Source: Patescibacteria group bacterium (GTDB lineage Bacteria > Patescibacteriota > Dojkabacteria > J137). Taken from it: a stretch of DNA of 64,000 nt. The stretch covers positions 645,608 to 709,607 of the forward strand of contig CAUJCN010000002.1 of the NCBI GenBank assembly GCA_963169855.1. The letters run 5' to 3'. The notes beneath the pieces are model-generated. The model was not told where the DNA came from, did not search any database, and worked only from the letters and a program-made list of their open reading frames with translations. The position numbers were made by a program, and so were the translations under genes. Of this stretch, positions 10,744 through 21,745 are shown in pieces. Within the stretch, counting starts at the first letter, position 1; every line of letters begins with the position of its first letter.

Positions 10744-13700
10744 TATTCAAGATTGATTTGAATTAAATCTCCTCCTAATTCTACACCTTTATCCGAAGAA
10801 ACTTCAGAATTCTTTAAAGAAATATTCGAAGCACTCACAGCTTCAGAAATTTCTGCAGTGTATTTTGTAATCATGGCATTAACTTTTTCACTTTGAGTTA
10901 CCACCTCCACTTTAACAGAATCACCCTGTTTAAATCCATTAGTCTTCCTTGCGGATTGAATATGTCTGATTATTTCTCTCAGAAGACCTTTCTCTAATAA
11001 TTCATCATCTAGGTTCGAATCAATACTTACACTAGTTGCATGATTCTTATCTTCAGCTGTTAAAATTCCATTGCCAGAAGATAATTCTCTCATTTCGTTT
11101 ACTTCCATAATATTTAACTCTTTCTGAAGAAGTAGTTTCATCCAGTCAGGGATTACAGGCAGTAGAGGATTAGTTGTAACTATTTCCATTCTTCGTAAAG
11201 GTTGTCTAACTTTTAATCCGTTAACAGTTCTCAACTCGTGACCCATTTCTGCGATTCTTCTTACAGCTGCCATTTCCTCTGTGTAATTTGAATATTGATC
11301 TACAAACTTCTGATCGTGTTTAGGGAATTCACAAAGATGAACTGAAATTGGAACTTCCAATCCTTCTGTCATTTCTCTATAAATCTTCTCAGAAATAAAT
11401 GGTGCAAAAGGTGCTAATAATTTTGAAGTTTCAACAAGTACATAATACAGAGTACCCATAGCTCCTTGGTTAGCATCTGCAAATCTATCTCTAGATTCTC
11501 TAATAAACCATTTAGAAGTATCATCTATCAAATCTTTCAGAGCTTTGATTGTTGCTGGAAGATCATAAGATTCCATACATTCATTTACTGATTTGATTGT
11601 TTCTTGAAGTCTTAAAAGAATCCAGATATCTAATTCATTTGTTACATTGTCGAACGGAATGTGATCCCATGGATGAGAATCGTTTTCCACCAATCTTTGG
11701 TTGTAAGCCATCTCTGGATTGGGACTCCAGTTATGCATATTTGCGTAAGTTACAAAGAAAGAATAAATGTTCCATAAAGGCAGTAGTGTTTCTTGAACTT
11801 GTGATTTCAAATCTTTTTCGGCAAAATCAATATCTCCACCTTTAAGTAGAGGACTTCCTAAGAAGTAAAGTCTCATTGCGTCTCCACCATATCTGATCAA
11901 AGTTTCCTTAGGATCAGGGTAGTTTCCGAAACTCTTGCTCATTTTTCTTCCATCTGTTCCCGCCATGTTTCCAGTACAGATAACATTTTTGAAAGGAATG
12001 TCATCAAACACTATTGTAGAAACTCTTAGTAAAACATTAAACCAAGCTCTAATTTGTCCAACGTATTCTGCAATATAGTCTGCAGGATAATTGTTTTCAA
12101 ACACCTCTTTGTTTTCAAAAGGGTAGTGGTATTCAGCAATTGGTACACTTCCTGAATCTAACCATCCGTCCATAACATCAGTAACTCTTTTGAATTCTTT
12201 ACCATCTTTAGTCAAAATGATTTGATCGCAAACGTCTCTGTGTAACCAAAGTTTCTTTTCTCCAAAGAACCATACTTTCTTTCCGTCTACTTCTTTTGCA
12301 GTAATTTCGCTGTTGTATTTAGACATTTCTTCGATACTTCCGCAAACGATTTCCTCTCCATCTGCAGCTCTCCATAAAGGCATAATTGTCGCCCAGTATC
12401 TTGTTCTAGAAATGCACCAATCTGGAGCATTCTTGATTACATCTGCAAATCTTCCATCTTTAAAGTGAGGAGGAACCCAGTTAATCTTCTGATTTAGTTC
12501 CAACATTCGGTCTTTAATTTTTTGCATGTCTACAAAGTATGCTTCTTGGGCTTTGTAGATTAAAGGATTATCTCCTCTAAAGAAAGCAACTCTGTGGTTG
12601 TAAACTTCTGATCTCAAAAGGTTTCCTTGAGTTTGGAGAGTCTCTGTAATATCTTTAACTGCACCTCTGTAGAATTTTCCTGTCCAAGGTCCAACTAAAA
12701 GATGTCCTTCGTCGTTAATATCTTGATGGCCACTTAATCCAAACTTCTTTCCAACATTGAAGTCTTCCTCTCCAAATCCTGGAGCAATGTGTAAAATTCC
12801 AGATCCATCAGTGTTTGTAACTCCTTCGTAAGCGTAGACTTTAAAGTCTTTTTCTGTAGTCTGAGGAACATAGAAATCAAAAACGGGTGTATATCCAAGT
12901 CCAACTAATTCGTTTCCTTTAAATGATTTTAGAACAATTACTTCTTTATTTTGGAAAGTATACGCAACTCTTTCTTTGTTCAATACGAATTTTTCTCCTT
13001 CGAATTCAACTAGAACATAATCGAATTCTGGATTTACAGCTAACGCAAAGTTAGAAGGAATTGTCCAAGGAGTAGTAGTCCAAGCAACAAGAGAAACTTG
13101 TTCACCTCCAAATAAATTGTTTGGGTCAGCATTGATTTTAAATTTTACGAAAATGCTTAAGTCGTCAATGTCTTTGTAGTTATTGCTCTCTGCAACTTCG
13201 AATTCGGAAACGGGAGTAGCGGTATCGGTAGAGAAAAGAGAAACTCTTCTATCTTTATAAACTAAGCCTTTATCCCACATTTGTTTGAAAACCCAAAGAA
13301 CGCTTTCGTTAAACTCTGGGTTCATTGTATAGTATGCGTTATCCATGTCTACCCATCTTCCAACAGAATCGATATACCAACCCCATTGATCAGTTACTTC
13401 TTGAATATGATCTCTACAAGCTGCTACATATTTATCAACTCCGTAAGCTTCAATTTCTTTTCTAGTATGAAGATTTAATTTCTTACTAACTTTTTCTTCT
13501 ATAGGTAGTCCGTGACAATCCCAGCCCCAAACTCTTCGAACTCTCTTTCCTCTCATTGTCCAGAATCGAGTTACTGGATCTTTAGTAATAGAGGATAGTA
13601 ACGATCCGTAGTGAGGAGTTCCTGTAACAAAAGGAGGTCCATCAATGAAAACGTATCTGTCATTTTCAGGTTTTTCGTCAATAGATCTTTGAAAAATGTT

Positions 13701-13775
13701 TTCATCTTTCCAAAATTTATTTACATCTTCTGAAAGTTTATAAAAGTCTTCTCGAGGGTTTGGTTGTTTGAACAT
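10743..13775 (-). CDS. ileS: isoleucine--tRNA ligase (IleRS2 type)
   Basis: DGPPF..GTPHYGS, GWDCHGLP, WTTTPWT editing motif, DWCISRTRYW, KMSKS; type 2 C-terminus lacking Zn finger. Confidence 0.96.
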   Translation of the reverse strand: MFKQPNPREDFYKLSEDVNKFWKDENIFQRSIDEKPENDRYVFIDGPPFVTGTPHYGSLLSSITKDPVTRFWTMRGKRVRRVWGWDCHGLPIEEKVSKKLNLHTRKEIEAYGVDKYVAACRDHIQEVTDQWGWYIDSVGRWVDMDNAYYTMNPEFNESVLWVFKQMWDKGLVYKDRRVSLFSTDTATPVSEFEVAESNNYKDIDDLSIFVKFKINADPNNLFGGEQVSLVAWTTTPWTIPSNFALAVNPEFDYVLVEFEGEKFVLNKERVAYTFQNKEVIVLKSFKGNELVGLGYTPVFDFYVPQTTEKDFKVYAYEGVTNTDGSGILHIAPGFGEEDFNVGKKFGLSGHQDINDEGHLLVGPWTGKFYRGAVKDITETLQTQGNLLRSEVYNHRVAFFRGDNPLIYKAQEAYFVDMQKIKDRMLELNQKINWVPPHFKDGRFADVIKNAPDWCISRTRYWATIMPLWRAADGEEIVCGSIEEMSKYNSEITAKEVDGKKVWFFGEKKLWLHRDVCDQIILTKDGKEFKRVTDVMDGWLDSGSVPIAEYHYPFENKEVFENNYPADYIAEYVGQIRAWFNVLLRVSTIVFDDIPFKNVICTGNMAGTDGRKMSKSFGNYPDPKETLIRYGGDAMRLYFLGSPLLKGGDIDFAEKDLKSQVQETLLPLWNIYSFFVTYANMHNWSPNPEMAYNQRLVENDSHPWDHIPFDNVTNELDIWILLRLQETIKSVNECMESYDLPATIKALKDLIDDTSKWFIRESRDRFADANQGAMGTLYYVLVETSKLLAPFAPFISEKIYREMTEGLEVPISVHLCEFPKHDQKFVDQYSNYTEEMAAVRRIAEMGHELRTVNGLKVRQPLRRMEIVTTNPLLPVIPDWMKLLLQKELNIMEVNEMRELSSGNGILTAEDKNHATSVSIDSNLDDELLEKGLLREIIRHIQSARKTNGFKQGDSVKVEVVTQSEKVNAMITKYTAEISEAVSASNISLKNSEVSSDKGVELGGDLIQINLE

Positions 13776-13841
13776 AAAGTTACTTTTTACAATAGCTTAT
13801 TTTATCATAATACATTATTAATACTATGATAAAATCGGCCG

Positions 13842-14552
13842 ATGGATAAAGAACCGATTAAAAAAATTGAGTCCAAATACGAGTCAAAACTTCGAGTATT
13901 TCTAAGTGCTAGAGAATACTTAATAATTTTCTTAAGTGCTATTACAGGCTTTGCAACTTTGGGATTAGCGGAATTGGAAGGAGCTGGTTATCAGAAAGAG
14001 TATATAGATAGAGTTAGACCTTTATATTCGTTCGGAGAATCTGCGCAATTTTCTGATTTAGCCGTAGAGCTTCAAGAGCTTATAACAGAGCTAGAGACTA
14101 ATCAAATTCCTTGGAGCGAAAGAATTCCAGCAATAAAAGCTCTCATTAAAATCTTCGGAGAGGAACTCCCAGAAGATCTTCCTGACACCGAGATTGAAAT
14201 TATGGCCCAACTTCACGAATACTATTTCTTACTAAAAGAAAGAAAGCTTTCAGAATTGAGCGACAAATCAAATCTTGTTATGTACGCTTTAATACTCATG
14301 TGCGTATTCGGATTAAAAGTATCTCAGTTGGAAAGGCGTTATGCAGTGCTATCTCAGGTTATAACTGAATTGAATTACTATGTGGCTGTGCAGGGTAAAA
14401 GAGGGACTGAACTCCAACGGTACTTTATGGAACTCATTCAAGATTGCCAAATAGGTCTTTATATAAACGAAGATGGCTTTTACGAAGCATCAATCGCTAA
14501 AATCAAGGACTCAGGAGGCCTTCCAATGCATACATCAGAGATGGAATTTTAA
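13842..14552 (+). CDS. hypothetical membrane protein (2 TM)
   Basis: 236-aa ORF with two hydrophobic segments and a TGnTAAAAT box 6 nt upstream. Confidence 0.6.
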   Translation: MDKEPIKKIESKYESKLRVFLSAREYLIIFLSAITGFATLGLAELEGAGYQKEYIDRVRPLYSFGESAQFSDLAVELQELITELETNQIPWSERIPAIKALIKIFGEELPEDLPDTEIEIMAQLHEYYFLLKERKLSELSDKSNLVMYALILMCVFGLKVSQLERRYAVLSQVITELNYYVAVQGKRGTELQRYFMELIQDCQIGLYINEDGFYEASIAKIKDSGGLPMHTSEMEF

Positions 14553-14604
14553 TCATTATTCTGATTTCCTTTACAAAACTTAATTAACTCCATATAGTGT
14601 TTAT

Positions 14605-16428
14605 ATGGAAGTTTCCGAAATTCAAAATCTCACAAAATTACTAAGATTTCTATCAATAGATTCAACTACTAAGGCAGGATCTGGTCATCCAACTTCTTGC
14701 CTTTCTGCTGTTGAATTAATGGCGGCACTAGTGTGGGGCAATCACTTTAAATTTGATGTTGATTATCCAGAATATTCACATAATGATCGACTCATTTTCT
14801 CGAAAGGACATGCCGCCCCATTGTTTTATTCTCTATGGGCAGTTGCAGGAGGAATTCCATTTCAGGAATTAGATACCCTCAGAAAATTTGGAAGTAGATT
14901 AGAAGGTCATCCTACAAATAAATTTCCATTTGCAGTAGCTCCAACCGGTTCATTGGGACAAGGTTTGGCGATAGGAGCGGGCATGGCCTACAGCTATAAA
15001 TATTTAGATAACTTCAAAAATAATGTTTACGTTTTACTGGGGGACGGAGAGACAGAAGAAGGGTCGATCTGGGAAACAGCAATGTTTGCAGCTCACTATA
15101 AGCTTAATAATTTAATTGCAATTTTGGATGTAAACAGACTAGAGCAGGTGGCAGAAACCATGGCTGGTTGGGATTTGAATAGTTATGTTCAGAAATTTCA
15201 AGCCTTCGGCTGGGAAGTAATTTCTGAGGAAAATGGTAATGATTTTGAATCTGTAACAAAGGCTTACGATTCACTTCTTCAAAATAATTCGGATAAACCA
15301 AAGATATTAATAGCGAAAACATCGAAAGGGGCAGGAATTTCTTTTCTAGAAAACAAGGAAGATGCTCACGGAAAAGCATTAAATCAAGAAAAATATGAAG
15401 CTGCTTTGTTGGAATTGGGTTCGGTAGAAAAGAAACTTTATCCTTTGAAGAAACCGGGCGAATTTTTGGAAAGATATATAGAAGAACCCAAATCAGTAAA
15501 TAGACTAGACCTATCGTCAGAAGATAAAATTTCAACAAGAAAAATATATGGAAAAGTGCTTTCAAATATTTACGAATCTGGACACAATATAGTTGTGTTA
15601 GACGGTGGTGTGAGTAATTCCACCTATGCAGAAGATTTTAAGAAGGCTCATCCCGAAAGATATATTGAATGTTTTATACAGGAGCAAAATATGGTTGGAG
15701 TTGCATTAGGGTTAGAAAGAACAGGTAAAATTCCATTTGTTTCTACATTTGCAGTTTTCTTCACAAGAGCATACGACCAACTTAGAATGTCCGCATTAGC
15801 AGAAGCCAACATCAAGATTGTTGGAACACATGCAGGAGTGGCTATAGGAGAAGATGGCCCATCTCAAATGGGAATGGAAGATTTAGCATTGGCAAGATCC
15901 CTATGGAATTCAACAATTTACTATCCTTCAGATGTTTACGAAGCTGAGCAAGCTTTAATCGAAGCAGCGACTAACGAAGGGATTTTCTATATTAGGTTAG
16001 GAAGAAGCGATACGGAGAAACTTCATAAACAAGGAGATGAGATTAGAGAATCTACAATTTATTCTGAGCAAAGTAATATTAAGCTTATCTCTTCTGGGGA
16101 AACACTTTTAGAAGCAATCAAGGCAGGAGAGCAGCTCAAATCTGAAGGCATCTCTGTTCAGGTTATTGGATTGCTAAAACTAAAACCAATGGCCGATTTA
16201 ACTGCTCTCGATTTAGACAGTAATACAATCGTTTTGACAGTAGAGGACCATTACGAGGCAGGAGGTTTAGGAGAAGCGGTAAAAAGTGAGTTAGCTTCTC
16301 AGGGAGTTCAGATTCATTCGATGTTTATAAATAGACTGGCGGAAAGCGGATCGAAAGAGGATCTTTATATGTATGAAGGTTTAAATTCCTCTAGTATTGT
16401 AAAAAAAATCAAAGAGATCGTGGGGTAA
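14605..16428 (+). CDS. tkt: transketolase
   Basis: SGHPTS, SKGHA, EGHP, TGSLGQG, GDGE TPP motif, GEDGPSQ. Confidence 0.95.
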   Translation: MEVSEIQNLTKLLRFLSIDSTTKAGSGHPTSCLSAVELMAALVWGNHFKFDVDYPEYSHNDRLIFSKGHAAPLFYSLWAVAGGIPFQELDTLRKFGSRLEGHPTNKFPFAVAPTGSLGQGLAIGAGMAYSYKYLDNFKNNVYVLLGDGETEEGSIWETAMFAAHYKLNNLIAILDVNRLEQVAETMAGWDLNSYVQKFQAFGWEVISEENGNDFESVTKAYDSLLQNNSDKPKILIAKTSKGAGISFLENKEDAHGKALNQEKYEAALLELGSVEKKLYPLKKPGEFLERYIEEPKSVNRLDLSSEDKISTRKIYGKVLSNIYESGHNIVVLDGGVSNSTYAEDFKKAHPERYIECFIQEQNMVGVALGLERTGKIPFVSTFAVFFTRAYDQLRMSALAEANIKIVGTHAGVAIGEDGPSQMGMEDLALARSLWNSTIYYPSDVYEAEQALIEAATNEGIFYIRLGRSDTEKLHKQGDEIRESTIYSEQSNIKLISSGETLLEAIKAGEQLKSEGISVQVIGLLKLKPMADLTALDLDSNTIVLTVEDHYEAGGLGEAVKSELASQGVQIHSMFINRLAESGSKEDLYMYEGLNSSSIVKKIKEIVG

Positions 16429-16481
16429 TTTCTAGAATCTATTTTTTAATCTTATAGTCTTTTTTATTTTAATCTTTTTTC

Positions 16482-17693
16482 ATGACACCACTTTTAATTC
16501 TATTCGGTGCTACAGGAGACTTGGCTTCTCGAAAACTAATCCCATCGCTTTACTACATGTTTACCCAGGGAACTCTAAAGGGAAGGAGAATAGTAAGCGT
16601 GGCTAGAAGAGATTTGTCAGGAGAAAAGTATCACGAGTTTTTAAAGGAGAGCTTGTCTAAGGTCGGAAAATATGACGAAACCGATTTTAAAGCGTTTTGT
16701 GGCCATTTTGAATATTTCCAGCTAGACTTCAGTTCTCAAGATAGTTACGTTAAGCTATCGGAACTGCTAGATGGTCCTTATTGCAATTACACTAAATTCT
16801 TCTACCTAGCAGTTCCTCAGAATATTTATGTAGAGATTCTGCAAAATCTTTCTTCTAGTGGATTGGGACAAGGTGATGCAAGAATTATAATCGAGAAGCC
16901 TTTTGGTTTTGACCGAAAATCTTTTGACGAACTGGAGTTAGTTTTGTCCCAATTTGTGTCCGAAAGTCACATTTATAGGATAGATCATTACTTAGGAAAG
17001 TCAATTTTAAGAAGTTTGCCAAGATTTATTCCGAATCGAGATCAAATCTCTGAAGTTTACGTTAACTCTAACGAAATTCTGGGGGTAGAGAACCGAGGAG
17101 ACTTCTACGACATTAACGGTGCTTTTCGAGATGTCGGAGGTAACCACCTGTTAGAAGCCTTTGCTCTAATATTCAAGGAAGAACAAGACAGATTGGAATC
17201 TCTAAAACAGATAGTTACACCTTCCGACGAAGAAATTGTAAGCTCATCAAGGATAGGGCAATACGAGGGATACTCAGAAATTGAAGGTGTTCAAGACGGT
17301 TCAATCACAGAGACGTATTTCAACATTACTTTAAAAACAAAAGACGGGATTAAATTAAATTTAGAAGGAGGTAAAGGACTCGCTGAAATAAAAAAGTATG
17401 TAAAAGTGATTTATAAGGATAATTCGGGATTCTATGTGGATTATGGACCTGACCAAAAGGTCTGCGAGATAAAGGACGGGGAAGAATTCGTTTGCTATGA
17501 CTTCGAAGATTCAAAAGACCATTACGTTAGAGAGTACGCTATGCTTTTAGAAGAAGCATTTAAATCAAATAAAGAGTATTTTATTTCCAATGAAGAAGTT
17601 GAGGAGCAGTGGAGAATTACAGACGCAATTCTAAAAGTTTGGAGGGACAGGAAGGTAAATTTATTTAAATATAAGAAAGGAGAAAAAATATGA
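16482..17693 (+). CDS. zwf: glucose-6-phosphate 1-dehydrogenase (short form)
   Basis: FGATGDLA, EKPFG, RIDHYLGK, NHLLE. Confidence 0.92.
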   Translation: MTPLLILFGATGDLASRKLIPSLYYMFTQGTLKGRRIVSVARRDLSGEKYHEFLKESLSKVGKYDETDFKAFCGHFEYFQLDFSSQDSYVKLSELLDGPYCNYTKFFYLAVPQNIYVEILQNLSSSGLGQGDARIIIEKPFGFDRKSFDELELVLSQFVSESHIYRIDHYLGKSILRSLPRFIPNRDQISEVYVNSNEILGVENRGDFYDINGAFRDVGGNHLLEAFALIFKEEQDRLESLKQIVTPSDEEIVSSSRIGQYEGYSEIEGVQDGSITETYFNITLKTKDGIKLNLEGGKGLAEIKKYVKVIYKDNSGFYVDYGPDQKVCEIKDGEEFVCYDFEDSKDHYVREYAMLLEEAFKSNKEYFISNEEVEEQWRITDAILKVWRDRKVNLFKYKKGEKI

Positions 17694-18598
17694 ATCAATC
17701 AATAGTAATAGTTGGACTTGGAAAAATGGGTTCAGCATTTGCAAGAAATTTAGTAGACAAGAGAGTAGTCCCAATTTTATTTAATCGAACACATTCTATA
17801 GCGGAAGATTTAAGTACAGAGTTGGGTGCTACAAGCATCATGGATTTATCTGAGATTGCAAAAATAAAGACTCCTAGGATTGTCGCTACATTTCTTCCAG
17901 GAGGAGAAGCAACTAACGAAATTTACTTCGGCGAAAATGGGATTTTTAACCACCTAAATCCAGGTGATTCGGTAATCGACTTTTCCAATGGACATTTTTC
18001 GGACGATATTTCACGTGTGACCGAATTTGACCAAAAAGAAATCAATTACTTTGATTGTGGAATTTCTGGTGGTCCGAATGGAGCACAGTTTGCGCCATGT
18101 ATGATGGTGGGTGGAAAATCCGAAGCGTTTGAATCGATAAAAGAATTATTTGAAATAGCAGTTTCAAAAGGGGGTGGCTATCAACTAGTGGGGGATTCTG
18201 GAGCAGGTCACTTCGCTAAAATGGTTCATAATGGAATAGAGTACGGAATGATGCAATCAATCGCGGAAGGATTTAATATGCTTAAAAACTCTGATTACGA
18301 TTTCAATTTACAAAAGATCGCTGATCTTTATTCAAAGGGAAGTGTGATTGAGTCTAAATTAATTGATTCTTTGAAAGAAGGTTTTGGACAATATGGAGAT
18401 TTGTCCGAATTTAGTGGGATCGTAGAGAATACTGGAACGGGGCAGTGGTTTGTAGAGGAAGCCAAAAAGAAGTCTTTAGATCATCAATCTATCGAAGCAG
18501 CAGTTGATTTTAGGCTAAATTCACCTAATCATATGACTTTTACGGGTAAAATCCTCTCTGTAATGCGTTCTATCTTTGGAGGACACTCAATCGTATGA
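17690..18598 (+). CDS. gnd: 6-phosphogluconate dehydrogenase, short YqeC-like form
   Basis: GLGKMG, SGG, GAGHFAKMVHNGIEYG, FGGH. Confidence 0.93.
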   Translation: MNQSIVIVGLGKMGSAFARNLVDKRVVPILFNRTHSIAEDLSTELGATSIMDLSEIAKIKTPRIVATFLPGGEATNEIYFGENGIFNHLNPGDSVIDFSNGHFSDDISRVTEFDQKEINYFDCGISGGPNGAQFAPCMMVGGKSEAFESIKELFEIAVSKGGGYQLVGDSGAGHFAKMVHNGIEYGMMQSIAEGFNMLKNSDYDFNLQKIADLYSKGSVIESKLIDSLKEGFGQYGDLSEFSGIVENTGTGQWFVEEAKKKSLDHQSIEAAVDFRLNSPNHMTFTGKILSVMRSIFGGHSIV

Positions 18599-19449
18599 AA
18601 CCACAAGGATTACAGACACTAATCTATCTTGATGGCTGTGACGCTAAGGATACGCAAGAGATCAAAAATGAACTAGGATTTCTGGATGGACAGACTACAA
18701 ACCCTACATTACTCAGTAAAAATAGTGATATTAGAAAGATGCTTGATTCTGGTAAGAAATTCTCAGAATCGGAATTGTTAGAACTATATAAGTCTGAAAT
18801 TCAGAGAATTGACTCAATTATAGGAGGAGGATCAATATCTGTAGAGGTTTACGCTGATGATACGAGTACAGTAGAAGATCTTGTAGCTCAAGGTCTCAAA
18901 TTCTCCAAGTGGGCAAAGAATATCCATGTTAAAGTTCCTGCGACATTAATTGGGTTGGGTGCTATGAATAAATTACTAAATTCGGGTATTCAGGTTAATG
19001 TAACGCTTTGTTTCTCGCAAGAGCAAGGTGCTGCTATAAGTGCCCTAAGCAGGGGGTTTGATAACGTTTACGTATCACCTTTTATAGGCAGGCTGGACGA
19101 TATTGGTCAAGATGGAATGAGCTTGGTAGAGAATATCTATAGAATGTATTCTGAACAAAACGACCATCACGTAAGAACTTTAGCAGCTAGCGTCAGAGAC
19201 GTTTCTCAGCTAGTCAGAGCAATTGAGGTAGGAGCTGAAATAGTTACTGCTTCAAAAAAGGTGCTTATCGAGTGGAAAGATCGAGGATTCCCTTTAAAAT
19301 TAGATCAAGAATACCAGAGAAAAGGAAGTCCGATTCCATACCAAGACTTCCCTTTGGACGAACCTTTGAACTTCTATAATCTTAATCACGAATTGACTTC
19401 AAAAGGTCAGACCCAATTCGCTGAAGATTGGAAGAGCATGATAGAATAG
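18595..19449 (+). CDS. tal: transaldolase
   Basis: GQTTNPTL, VKVPAT, VNVTLCFS, YVSPFIGRLDD. Confidence 0.93.
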   Translation: MKPQGLQTLIYLDGCDAKDTQEIKNELGFLDGQTTNPTLLSKNSDIRKMLDSGKKFSESELLELYKSEIQRIDSIIGGGSISVEVYADDTSTVEDLVAQGLKFSKWAKNIHVKVPATLIGLGAMNKLLNSGIQVNVTLCFSQEQGAAISALSRGFDNVYVSPFIGRLDDIGQDGMSLVENIYRMYSEQNDHHVRTLAASVRDVSQLVRAIEVGAEIVTASKKVLIEWKDRGFPLKLDQEYQRKGSPIPYQDFPLDEPLNFYNLNHELTSKGQTQFAEDWKSMIE

Positions 19450-19453
19450 CTCT

Positions 19454-20383
19454 ATGAAAACAAGGACACTTTTCTTCGGTTCGGGCAGTTTTGCCAAAGA
19501 AATTTTGAAGACTCTCACAGAGTTAGATTTTGTAGAACTTGTTGGTGTTGTAACTCAACCAGACAAACCGTTCGGTAGAAAAAAGGAACTTAAGCCTACG
19601 GAGCTTGGAGAATATGCACAGTCATTAAATTTATCGCCAATTTTTAAACCTGAGAGAATAAAGCTGGAGGGAGAATCTATTCTTGATCAAACGCAACCAG
19701 AACTTATTATAGTTGCTGCATATGGTCAGATAATTCCTAACTTCGTTCTAGAATATCCTAAGTACAAATGCTTGAATCTACATGGCTCAATTCTGCCTGA
19801 GTTGAGAGGTGCTGTGCCTGTTCAAATGTCGATTCTCCAAGGATTAACCGAGACAGGGACAACTCTTCAGATAATGTCGGAAAAAATGGATGAAGGAGAT
19901 ATAGTGAGAAGCTCGAAAATTGAAATCCGGAATTCGAAAAATGCTGAGGATCTAATGTCTGAACTTAGTATTTTGGGAGCTCAGATTTTAAAAGATTGTT
20001 TGCAAGATTATGTAGACGGAAAAATAACTCCCGTTCCTCAGGATCATTCAAAAGCGACGTACTGTTACAAAGAAGATTTGGCTAAAGAAAAAGCTGAGAT
20101 CACCTCAGAAACTTCAATTGATGTTGCCGAGAGGATGGTAAGGGCTTTCTACCCTTGGCCATTAGCTTGGTTTAAGAATAAGGAAGAAAAGATAATTCAG
20201 ATTCACGAAGCTGTTTTGTCAGCATTTAATCCAAACTTACCCGCGATGACTTTGTTCAGGAAGGATAAATCGCTTTTCTTGCAGCTTAAAGATGGAGTTT
20301 TGGAACTTAAAAGAGTAAAGCTCGAAGGTAAGCCAGAAATGGGTTCGCCAGAGTATTTGTTCATGTCCGAATCTAATCTATGA
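19454..20383 (+). CDS. fmt: methionyl-tRNA formyltransferase
   Basis: VVTQPDKP, VAAYGQI, NLHGSILP, RAFYPWP. Confidence 0.96.
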   Translation: MKTRTLFFGSGSFAKEILKTLTELDFVELVGVVTQPDKPFGRKKELKPTELGEYAQSLNLSPIFKPERIKLEGESILDQTQPELIIVAAYGQIIPNFVLEYPKYKCLNLHGSILPELRGAVPVQMSILQGLTETGTTLQIMSEKMDEGDIVRSSKIEIRNSKNAEDLMSELSILGAQILKDCLQDYVDGKITPVPQDHSKATYCYKEDLAKEKAEITSETSIDVAERMVRAFYPWPLAWFKNKEEKIIQIHEAVLSAFNPNLPAMTLFRKDKSLFLQLKDGVLELKRVKLEGKPEMGSPEYLFMSESNL

Positions 20384-21672
20384 CCCCTGTAGAATCCAAA
20401 TCTAAAAGAATCTACGCTTTAGTAGATTGCAACAATTTCTACGCTTCCTGTGAGCGTTTGTTCCGTCCAGAGCTTAATGGAAAACCTGTAGTTGTTCTTT
20501 CTAATAACGATGGATGCGTAATTGCTAGATCAAATGAAGCAAAGGACTTGGGAATTCCTATGGGAGCTGCAGCATTCAAGTTTAGAGATATTTTCGAAAA
20601 ATATAATATTAACCTATTTTCGACAAACTTCACTCTTTATGGAGATATTTCGAACAGAGTAATGAGTCTTCTGCGGGAAATGTCTCCGCAGCTAGAAATA
20701 TATTCTGTAGATGAAGCGTTTATGATTTTTGATAATGCAGGTTTCGACATAGAGGAATACTGTAGAAAAACAGTAGATAGAGTTTACAAGGAAGTCGGAA
20801 TTCCTATTTCAATTGGAATCGCAAAAACAAAAACATTAGCGAAGCTTGGGAATAAAATTGCTAAGGATAATCCAACTATATATAAAGGAGTATTTAATTT
20901 TGAAACCGTGGAAAGCATGGATGACATACTGAGGCCTTTGAGAGTGGAGAAAGTTTGGGGAATCGGGAGAAAAAATACGAAGAGGTTAAACGAGCTTGGG
21001 ATTTATAATGTTCTGGAGCTAAAAAATGCTGATAGAGCAGTGATAAAGAGTTTTCTTACGGTTTCGGGAGAAAGAACTTTGTTGGAGCTAAATGGAATTC
21101 CTTGCATAGAAATGGAAGAGTCTGAAATTAAAAATACCATACTTACCTCCAGAACTTTCGCTAAAACAACTAATGATTTAAAACATCTTAAAGAAGCAGT
21201 CTCTAGTTTTGCCTCGCGTGCTGCAGAAAAGCTAAGAATGGATGAATGTGCTTGCACCTTTGTGACTGTTTATATCTCGACGAACTACCATAAAGAGACA
21301 GACGATCAGTATGAAGCGTCTTGGACAGAAACTTCGATTAGCCCAATAAACTATACTCCCAATATTATTAAATTGGGTATGGAGGCTCTGAAGAAAATTT
21401 ATAAACCTGAATTCAAATACAAGAGGTTAGGAATAGTTTTATCGGGGATTGTTCCTGCGTCCGAAACAGTGGTTAGTTTATTTCAGACAAATGAAGACCA
21501 AAAAGTAAAAGAAAATATTTTAGGTGGTTTGATAGACAAAATAAATAGTGTGGAGGGGAGAGACTTTGTCAGATTTGCTTCCTCGGGTCATGGAGATGCC
21601 TGGAGAATGGGACAACATATGGTTTCAAACCGATATACGACCGATTGGAATGAGTTGCTAGAAATTGAATGA
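20380..21672 (+). CDS. umuC: Y-family DNA polymerase V subunit UmuC
   Basis: LVDCNNFYASCE, VLSNNDGC, YSVDEAF, C-terminal SNRYTTDWNEL. Confidence 0.95.
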   Translation: MTPVESKSKRIYALVDCNNFYASCERLFRPELNGKPVVVLSNNDGCVIARSNEAKDLGIPMGAAAFKFRDIFEKYNINLFSTNFTLYGDISNRVMSLLREMSPQLEIYSVDEAFMIFDNAGFDIEEYCRKTVDRVYKEVGIPISIGIAKTKTLAKLGNKIAKDNPTIYKGVFNFETVESMDDILRPLRVEKVWGIGRKNTKRLNELGIYNVLELKNADRAVIKSFLTVSGERTLLELNGIPCIEMEESEIKNTILTSRTFAKTTNDLKHLKEAVSSFASRAAEKLRMDECACTFVTVYISTNYHKETDDQYEASWTETSISPINYTPNIIKLGMEALKKIYKPEFKYKRLGIVLSGIVPASETVVSLFQTNEDQKVKENILGGLIDKINSVEGRDFVRFASSGHGDAWRMGQHMVSNRYTTDWNELLEIE

Positions 21673-21745
21673 TTCGGACTTGAAATTGTCCCAAATATTT
21701 ACTATACTTTCTTAAGAATTTTATAGATATTAATTATTTATTTGT

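Noticed and set aside
18007-18022. parS-like site (TTTCACGTG)
   Set aside because: Only a partial match to TGTTTCACGTGAAACA and lies inside gnd.
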